From: a bacterium
Lineage (GTDB): Bacteria > JAJVIF01 > JAGGVT01
Assembly: GCA_021157815.1 (NCBI GenBank)
Contig: JAGGVT010000156.1
Coordinates: 1-52,414, forward strand
DNA: 52,414 nucleotides
Direction of reading: 5' to 3'
Shown here: positions 45,896 through 52,414 of the stretch, one piece after another
Position numbering within the stretch: position 1 is the first letter of the stretch
How the letters are laid out: the number at the start of each line of letters is the position of its first letter
Notes under the pieces: model-generated
Told to the model about the DNA's origin: nothing
What the model saw: only the letters and a program-made list of their open reading frames with translations
The model's database searches: none
Program-made: the position numbers and the translations under genes

Positions 45896-46195
45896 TTAAA
45901 CCGGCATACGGGATATCTCCTGGTATGCCTCGACTATCTTGTTTCTGACCGACATCATAAGTTCCATCGCTATTGAATATTTCTCCATCGCGATGACAAC
46001 CTCGTGCAGTTCAACATTCTCGCCTTTGGTGAACGCAATCTGCATCGAGTCAGATTCCGTTTTCAGCTGGTTTATTTTATCTATCGCTTCAGTCAGCATA
46101 TCGCCAAAGGAGGAGCTGTCGCCGCCCGCCTGTTTTAACGGCTGTGACTGGCCTTTACCGATAAGCATGTCTATTTGATTTATTCCATGGACCAT
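45896..46195 (-). CDS. fliE: Flagellar hook-basal body protein FliE
   Basis: SFGDML, LHEVVIAMEK, VRNKIVEAYQEISRM. Confidence 0.95.
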   Translation of the reverse strand: MVHGINQIDMLIGKGQSQPLKQAGGDSSSFGDMLTEAIDKINQLKTESDSMQIAFTKGENVELHEVVIAMEKYSIAMELMMSVRNKIVEAYQEISRMPV

Positions 46196-46217
46196 TTATC
46201 TATCCTGCTTTGTTTGT

Positions 46218-46625
46218 TTAACTGCTAATCTGCAACGCTCTAAGCAATATCTCCTTTGATGTTTCCAGGGTTGTCAGGTTCGCCTGATACGCTCTGCTCG
46301 CGGCGATCAGATCAACCATTTCGAGAATAGGATTAACATTGGCGTAAGCGACATAACCCTGTTCATTCGCATGCGGATGAGATGGGTCGTAAACAAGTTT
46401 CGGCGGCGCATTGTCATCCACAATCGCTGCAACTTTCACGCCGGAGATGCCATCGCCGGCTGTAACCGGATTGGACTGGAAAATCGCAAGTTTCCGCCTG
46501 AAGATGTCATCGCCGGGTTTGGCGGTGTTATTCGCGTTTGCCAGATTGGATGCGATGAGATCCATCCGGACTCTTTCCGCTGTAAGCCCTGAACCTGATA
46601 TTTGAAAACTTTCAAAAAGTCCCAT
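46218..46625 (-). CDS. flgC: Flagellar basal-body rod protein FlgC
   Basis: SGLTAERVRMDLIASNLANA, YDPSHPHA, NVNPILEMVDLIAASRAYQAN. Confidence 0.97.
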   Translation of the reverse strand: MGLFESFQISGSGLTAERVRMDLIASNLANANNTAKPGDDIFRRKLAIFQSNPVTAGDGISGVKVAAIVDDNAPPKLVYDPSHPHANEQGYVAYANVNPILEMVDLIAASRAYQANLTTLETSKEILLRALQISS

Positions 46626-46640
46626 GATTTATTCTCCCTG

Positions 46641-47051
46641 CTAACGTCTGCCCTCGGATATAACCGATTTCAATCCCGCGAAATTCTTCGACAAGAATCT
46701 GCTAACCGCAGTGAAATAAATTGAGTTCGCGCTCAGTTCGGCAAGTTCATGTTCAAGGTCAACATTGTTGCCATCCTGGCGCATCGTTGTGCTTTTATCC
46801 CGAATGATTGACATGTTGCCTGACAATTTGGATTTCGAACCTGCCAGGTGGCGTGGATGGGTTTTTGTCAGAACGGACGGATTGACACTTCCCGCCGCAC
46901 TCTTCTTTTCATCCATTAAAACCTTGAACGCTTTATATCCGGGTGTTTCGATGTTTGCGATGTTCGATGAAATAGCACGGTTTTTTGCCGTACTGTAATC
47001 CAGTCCTTCGGATAGAATCTGGATTCTGTCTGAAAATATTTGTGGTGACAT
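46641..47051 (-). CDS. flgB: Flagellar basal-body rod protein FlgB
   Basis: ISSNIANIETPGYK, THPRH, DGNNVDLE. Confidence 0.95.
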   Translation of the reverse strand: MSPQIFSDRIQILSEGLDYSTAKNRAISSNIANIETPGYKAFKVLMDEKKSAAGSVNPSVLTKTHPRHLAGSKSKLSGNMSIIRDKSTTMRQDGNNVDLEHELAELSANSIYFTAVSRFLSKNFAGLKSVISEGRR

Positions 47052-47151
47052 GCTGTTTCCCTGTTAATCAAAACTTATAAGACTTAAAGTCGTAAACCAA
47101 AAAAAAATGCATTTCCCGTTATTCTTTCGTCATTTCCCAATTATTCTTTAA

Positions 47152-48045
47152 TTACTGTTCAGATATCTCGACAAGCTTGACTGACTTATTATCATCCGGG
47201 AAAAGATCTCCCATCTGTGTCATTTCGCTTGAGAGGTATTCCTCAACGTGCTTTTTAACAGTCTCGTCAATGCCCAGTTCCTTGATGATAAATTCCTCAA
47301 GGCTTTCTGAGTCTTCGTTATTGCCGATGCCGATTCCGAATTCCCTGACCCATGTATCAGCGAGATTCACAATTCCAATCAGCGCTTTATTATCATCGCT
47401 TTCGAGCGGGTTATGGTGTTTTCTAACAGCAAAGGCCATGAACTCGGGAAAGTTCCATTTTTCAAGGATTCGTCCGCCTACCTCAGCATGATGAATTCCC
47501 AGAAGTCTTTCTTCAGCGATTGCAAAGTTGATTTTATGTTCATTGGCGAGTTCCACAACTTCGTTGTATGATCCTTTGAGGAAATTACCGAGAATCAGTT
47601 TACCGATATCATGAAGAATACCTACAGTGAAAGCTTCATCCGGTTTGGCTTTTTCAGAGAGTTTTGATATCAATCCAGCGACGTAAGCGACTGCATAGGA
47701 ATGTTTCCACAGTTCGCCCTTGGAGATCATATAGCCCTCGACAGCGCCGTTGAGATGAGTTGACGCGGAAGCTGTAATCAGAAGAGTTCGAATTTGGCGG
47801 AATCCAAGAATGACAATCGCTTCCGATAACGTGCGAATTTGTCGTGGGTATCCATAAAACGCCGAGTTCGCCATTTTGATTATTTTAGCCGTTATCGATT
47901 GGTCCTTGCTGATCAAATCGGTAAGATCACGAATTGAGCACGCCGGATCATTCAGCATAGCAATGCTTCGATTGACAACCTCGGATAAAACCGGCAGATT
48001 ATTCACCGATTCCAGTATTTGTTTATCTGTTACTTTCTTTAGCAT
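47152..48045 (-). CDS. HDOD-domain signal transduction protein
   Basis: LPVLS, DQSITAKIIKMANSAFYG, LWKHS, GILHDIGKL, HAEVG...W.FP...HH. Confidence 0.9.
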   Translation of the reverse strand: MLKKVTDKQILESVNNLPVLSEVVNRSIAMLNDPACSIRDLTDLISKDQSITAKIIKMANSAFYGYPRQIRTLSEAIVILGFRQIRTLLITASASTHLNGAVEGYMISKGELWKHSYAVAYVAGLISKLSEKAKPDEAFTVGILHDIGKLILGNFLKGSYNEVVELANEHKINFAIAEERLLGIHHAEVGGRILEKWNFPEFMAFAVRKHHNPLESDDNKALIGIVNLADTWVREFGIGIGNNEDSESLEEFIIKELGIDETVKKHVEEYLSSEMTQMGDLFPDDNKSVKLVEISEQ

Positions 48046-48258
48046 AATTGTATAAGTTTACCCAATAAAACTAGACGCTTATTTTGCTCTTATGACAAAC
48101 TTGTGCAAAATTGTGAATAATTTGTGTGTAATATTTTCATGAAATCTTTTCAGTAAAATTAAATCCTATTAAATTTAATCAAATCTGTACACGTCTAATT
48201 TTTACTCAAAAACGTGTCCTGACTTGTTAAAGTTATTCACATGCATAGTCAACCTGAC

Positions 48259-49278
48259 CTACGTTGATTTCAATTTCCTGGCAATTCGTCCGCCGCGAAT
48301 AAACTCTTTCAACCTGCCATATTCTTTCCCGTCAGCGTATATTATTCTGCCCTTGTTGATTGCCCTCACAGCTTTTGACGGGAAAACAAACCAACTTAGT
48401 AAGAGCAGAGGCGATGTTATGAACGTTCGAATGAACTGATATAGTTCCTGCAGGGCGATTGGAAAAAAATCTCTAATCAACCCTGACATCTCCTCATTTT
48501 TCAACCAGACAAGGTATCTGTTTGTATGCGCCTTGAACCTGATTGGAAACGATTTACGTCCGCCGCTTCCGCCGCCTGCGTGTTTCGCCTGTGCATCCGG
48601 GACATATCTTGATTCATAACCTTTGAAAAGAAGCCTGTAATCCAGATCAACATCCTCAAGGTAACTGAAAAAGTCCCGGTCAAAAATCTCGCTGCCTATT
48701 GACACATCGGAAAGCGCTTTGCGGTTATACAATGCCGCGGAGGCGCTTACTCCGAATACTTCGCAGGATTTGTCATAATCTCCTGCCGGTTCGTTTTTTC
48801 CTCTCGCCTGTACGATTCTATCGGTGAATATTTCATGCCCGGCGGAATCGATTGTTTTGTCCTTATTATTAATATCTATCCGCCAATTTAGAATTTTCCC
48901 CGCAACTGAACCTTTCGGACGATTTCCCCCGATTTCAATCTCATTCACAAGCCTGGAAATGTAGTCAGGATTCATGACGACATCCTGGTTGAGCGCCAGG
49001 ATATAGTCTCCTGATGCGTGTGCTATTCCGCGATTCATTCCCCGGGCGAATCCGATATTGGCGGGGAGAAGTTCCAGTTTCCAGATAATGTTTTTATTGG
49101 AGCTAACGGAGTCCAGCAGTGGGCGAAGCGTATCCGCGCTGCCATCAGTGGAACCGTTGTCAACGACAATTAACTCCAACGGCAAATAGCTCTGGGAGAC
49201 AATACTCTCAAAGCAATCATTCAGAAATCGCTTTGGATTCCATGTGAGGAGAATTATCGAGACAAGCTTATACGACAT
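48259..49278 (-). CDS. Glycosyltransferase family 2
   Basis: VVDNGSTDGS, NIGFARGMN, LNQD, FFSYLEDVDL. Confidence 0.9.
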   Translation of the reverse strand: MSYKLVSIILLTWNPKRFLNDCFESIVSQSYLPLELIVVDNGSTDGSADTLRPLLDSVSSNKNIIWKLELLPANIGFARGMNRGIAHASGDYILALNQDVVMNPDYISRLVNEIEIGGNRPKGSVAGKILNWRIDINNKDKTIDSAGHEIFTDRIVQARGKNEPAGDYDKSCEVFGVSASAALYNRKALSDVSIGSEIFDRDFFSYLEDVDLDYRLLFKGYESRYVPDAQAKHAGGGSGGRKSFPIRFKAHTNRYLVWLKNEEMSGLIRDFFPIALQELYQFIRTFITSPLLLLSWFVFPSKAVRAINKGRIIYADGKEYGRLKEFIRGGRIARKLKST

Positions 49279-49400
49279 CCGTTAATCCTGCACCGGACGC
49301 CATAATAATCCACTGAGATTATACATTAGTTTTAATCTGATTTAAAGTCTTATATTGGATTATTTGGTTATTTCTGAATACATCTTTTTCGAAATTAAAA

Positions 49401-49494
49401 ATGTAACCCGGTATCCCTTTATCGCGGAAACATGTAACCCGGTATCCCTTTACCGACGAAACATGTAACCCGGTGTCCCTTCACCGGGGAAAAC
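49401..49494. repeat. Three tandem 31-bp REP-like units (GTAR-CCCGG family)
   Basis: ATGTAACCCGGTATCCCTTTATCGCGGAAAC / ATGTAACCCGGTATCCCTTTACCGACGAAAC / ATGTAACCCGGTGTCCCTTCACCGGGGAAAAC; the third unit matches the reverse complement of 32763-32787 over 25 bp. Confidence 0.85.
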
Positions 49495-50505
49495 CTAATT
49501 TACATTTACATTCATGACAGATGCCAGTTTGCGAATCTCAACCATAAGCGATTTGAACTCATCCGGATTCAATGACTGGCCGCCATCCGAAAGTGATAAC
49601 TCCGGATTTGTATGAACTTCAATAAGAAGGCCATCCGCTCCCGCGGCGAGAGCGGCTTTGCTCATCGAGGATATGAAATTGCGCTTTCCTGTTGCATGCG
49701 ATGGGTCAACGATTATCGGCAGATGCGATTTCTCTTTCACGGCGGGAATAATCGAAAGGTCGAGAGTGTTTCGAGCGAAATTGCCAAACGTGCGTATTCC
49801 ACGCTCGCAGAGAATGACATTCTCATTTCCGCCTGAAATAATATATTCAGCCGCAAGAAGCAGTTCCTCGATTGTCGCCGACATTCCGCGCTTCAACAGA
49901 ATCGGTTTTGATGTTTTCCCCAGGCGTTTCAAAAGCGAAAAATTCTGCATGTTGCGCGAACCGACTTGAATCGCATCGGCAATCTTCTCGACCCTGCCAA
50001 CGGAATTGACATCGATTGCCTCGGTTACAACAAGCACACCGGTTTGTTTTCGGATTTCAACCAGGATATCAAGGCCCTCATACTCCAAACCCTGGAAGGA
50101 GTAGGGGCTGGTTCTAGGCTTAAACGCGCCACCGCGCATCAGCGCAAGGTTTTCAGATTTCAAAAGTGACGCGATTTCCAATCCAAGTTCGACACTCTCA
50201 ACCGCGCAGGGGCCTGCCATAACACAGAAATTCCCGCCACCGATACGGCGGTCGCCGACCTCAATAATCGTGTCCTCAGGTTTGTGATTTCGCGACGCCA
50301 GTTTGTATCGCGCCTCTGTATGGACAATCCGCTCAATTCCGTTAAACGCGCTCAGCGACGGCACCTCGACACTATCATCTTTGACATAAATCATTGCAGC
50401 CGTGCCGTTGCGAAGAACATCAGCATTCAGGTTGAACTCATCCAGACGTTCAACCACACGATTGACATCGCTTTCACTTGCACTATTTCGCATGAAGATT
50501 AGCAT
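49495..50505 (-). CDS. aroF: 3-deoxy-7-phosphoheptulonate (DAHP) synthase, type I-beta with N-terminal regulatory domain
   Basis: MAGPCAVES, RGGAFKPRTSPYSFQG, QVGSRNMQN, LLKRG, CERGIRTF, DPSHATG, SDGGQSL. Confidence 0.95.
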   Translation of the reverse strand: MLIFMRNSASESDVNRVVERLDEFNLNADVLRNGTAAMIYVKDDSVEVPSLSAFNGIERIVHTEARYKLASRNHKPEDTIIEVGDRRIGGGNFCVMAGPCAVESVELGLEIASLLKSENLALMRGGAFKPRTSPYSFQGLEYEGLDILVEIRKQTGVLVVTEAIDVNSVGRVEKIADAIQVGSRNMQNFSLLKRLGKTSKPILLKRGMSATIEELLLAAEYIISGGNENVILCERGIRTFGNFARNTLDLSIIPAVKEKSHLPIIVDPSHATGKRNFISSMSKAALAAGADGLLIEVHTNPELSLSDGGQSLNPDEFKSLMVEIRKLASVMNVNVN

Positions 50506-50762
50506 GATTTACCTTAAAAACTCCCTGCTGAAAAGAGTATGGAATTATAACATATTGAGGCTGGATTTAAGGAGTCTGCAAATTGCAGGTTGAGGAAGAG
50601 CCGAACAGTTTGTGGATGAGAACTTAAAAAATGGTGAGGTGAAGTAATAATTTTGTTTTCTATTTCTCATGAATCAATTGATCAATTTATCTTTTTAAGG
50701 TACGATCAAATAAGTAAAACTTATTCGGGCTTATCAACTATAAAACATGAAATGGAGAGGCG

Positions 50763-51107
50763 ATGAAACGTATGGATAAAATCGTATTAAGTCCTGAAAC
50801 AAAAGAGCGAATGAAAAAATTTAATCTTTCGCATGAATCGTTTACTGATTCCAAGTGTTTTCTCGTTGATAGCGGAGTAGAAAATAACGATGGGAGCGAA
50901 TCATTATTTTTCGCATGGGAAGATGCTGGAAAAGTCTTCTCACTTGACTACATTCCCCAAGATTATCCAATGGTATCAGTTACCAGATGGGGAACGCTTG
51001 AAATTTTTGCAAAAGAGACTATATGGCATGATTGGATTTATCATGGTATTAACAACGATAAATTACGGAAAATGGTTGATAAATTCAAGGGGGAAAACGA
51101 TGATTAA
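50763..51107 (+). CDS. Hypothetical protein
   Basis: 114-aa ORF with GGAGAGG RBS in an AT-rich islet; no recognised motif. Confidence 0.5.
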   Translation: MKRMDKIVLSPETKERMKKFNLSHESFTDSKCFLVDSGVENNDGSESLFFAWEDAGKVFSLDYIPQDYPMVSVTRWGTLEIFAKETIWHDWIYHGINNDKLRKMVDKFKGENDD

Positions 51108-51312
51108 GCAAAATATCTTGAAAAATACAGATTGGGCACACGCAATTGCCAGGAGAATCGCAGACGAATGGGATGGACAAAAAGATTCTCCTGAGGACGC
51201 TAAGCTCTTGAAGGATGTCCTGGCAGATTCGTTATCAAAATCGCCAATTGCTTGTGAGAAACTGATTGGAACCGGAATTATTGAAGAAGACTACTTTGAA
51301 CCCTTAACTTGA
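51100..51312 (+). CDS. Hypothetical protein (70 aa)
   Basis: ATG 51100 with AGGGGG RBS overlapping the preceding stop; MIKQNILKNTDWAHAIARRIADEW... Confidence 0.5.
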   Translation: MIKQNILKNTDWAHAIARRIADEWDGQKDSPEDAKLLKDVLADSLSKSPIACEKLIGTGIIEEDYFEPLT

Positions 51313-51511
51313 GTTTAAGTAATTTGTGAATGGTGCAAAATGAATAAACCGAAAAGGTCACGTTTAAGAAATCGTTTAGATTCAGTTCGCGGACAAATTC
51401 AACAGCTAAGAAATATCAAGATTGATATTGAGGATTATCGAATAGCAGACGCAGCTTATGAGATTTAAGCAGGAATAATTACAGACATATCATCAGCATA
51501 AGGAAATAATT

Positions 51512-52243
51512 ATGAAGCAATATGAAGCAGTGATAAAAGTTATGGAAGAAAATGGAGGTTTTGCAACTTTGGGATATCTATATCAGCACGTTCTTAAAGT
51601 CGAAGATTGTATATGGAGAACAAAAACACCTCATGAAAGCATAAGAAGAATAGTGCAGGATAAACGTTTCTTTTTCAAAATCAGACCGGGATTGTGGGCA
51701 TTGAACTCCCGCAGACATGAATTGCCAGATAATATATTATTGCGAAAACAAGACTTAAAAGAAAAACAAGAGGAATATTCACATAGTTACTATCAAGGTC
51801 TCTTAGTTGAGATTGGCAACCTTAAACAATTCAATACTTTCGTTCCTAACCAGGATAAGAACAAATTATTTCTTAGCAAAAAACTGTCCGATATAACCAC
51901 ACTTCCAAATATATTAGAGTTTACATATGAAAATATTATTAGCTATGCGAAAACAATTGATGTTATCTGGTTTAATAGTCGAAAGATGCCCTCAGATTTA
52001 TTCGAGGTTGAACACACAACAGATTTTCATAGATCCCTACTGAAATTTGCCGAATTGCAGGATTTCTATGCCAATTTTGTCATCGTTGCCGATTCGAGCA
52101 GAAAGGAAAATTTCATTTCGAAATTATCTTTAACTTCTTTTAGTTCTATTAAAAATCGAGTAGGATTCTGGAGCTATGAACAGGTTGCCAAATATCACTC
52201 CAAAACCAGTGAATTGAATGATTTAGGATATGATTTTAATTAA
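51512..52243 (+). CDS. HTH plus PD-(D/E)XK-like nuclease-fold protein (restriction-endonuclease-like)
   Basis: N-terminal WRTKTPHESIRRIVQ...GLWAL winged-HTH-like region; HSYYQGLLVEIG, IDVIW...FEVEHT nuclease-like motif. Confidence 0.6.
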   Translation: MKQYEAVIKVMEENGGFATLGYLYQHVLKVEDCIWRTKTPHESIRRIVQDKRFFFKIRPGLWALNSRRHELPDNILLRKQDLKEKQEEYSHSYYQGLLVEIGNLKQFNTFVPNQDKNKLFLSKKLSDITTLPNILEFTYENIISYAKTIDVIWFNSRKMPSDLFEVEHTTDFHRSLLKFAELQDFYANFVIVADSSRKENFISKLSLTSFSSIKNRVGFWSYEQVAKYHSKTSELNDLGYDFN

Positions 52244-52414
52244 CAGGATATCACATCCTTAACGACATCAGCTGGTTTAAACCGAATGCAAGTCCCAATC
52301 TATCATGTAGGTATTTCACTGCGAGCCATGAGACATTAATCTGGGCGAGAAAACACAAAAGCGCGAGGCATATTTTCAATTATCAAGCGATGAAAAATGG
52401 TTTCTTCCCAGAAG

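Noticed and set aside
49401-49494. Possible mini-CRISPR array (31-bp palindromic repeats ending GAAAC)
   Set aside because: Units are head-to-tail with no spacers, belong to a dispersed intergenic family, and no cas genes are in the window
198-50593. Many antisense or overlapping ORFs in the six-frame track (e.g. 400..765, 4367..4597, 21254..21862, 33189..33758, 37786..38493, 38512..38778, 40494..41153, 43333..43899)
   Set aside because: They are shadows of well-supported genes or translations of repeats, with no recognisable motifs

Overview
Bacterial genomic window from a flagellated organism that is probably diderm, since it encodes a secretin. Left end (1-5.8 kb): an accessory hotspot with an orphan hicB, a herA plus degenerate nurA-like pair, a truncated GIY-YIG nuclease gene, a hicB-hicA module and several families of REP-like palindromes. 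Centre (5.8-30.9 kb): a large, co-oriented type IVa pilus locus. It holds a GT-C-like membrane protein and a polyprenol-phosphate-mannose synthase, then 15 consecutive pilin-like genes. These are an 881-aa PilX-like pilin with about 4 CUB-like repeats, a PilV-like pilin with discoidin-like and CUB-like domains, a PilW-like pilin, and 12 full-length, mutually divergent small pilin paralogues. They are followed by pilMNOP (PilM with degenerate ATP-binding motifs), a ~1500-aa PilQ with about 5 AMIN domains and acidic Pro/Glu/Val linkers, and two exported accessory proteins. No pilB/pilC/pilT/pilD/pilY1 is in the window. Right half: glycosyltransferases, a B12 radical SAM enzyme, kbl, a DUF4846-like protein, birA, a candidate sRNA, dnaE, ssb, a short flgB-flgC-fliE-fliF-fliG operon, an HDOD protein, aroF and an AT-rich islet with a putative nuclease. 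A GTAR-CCCGG...CCGGG REP-like family is dispersed throughout and brackets some accessory genes as direct copies. All calls come from motif recognition by eye; no database searches were run.
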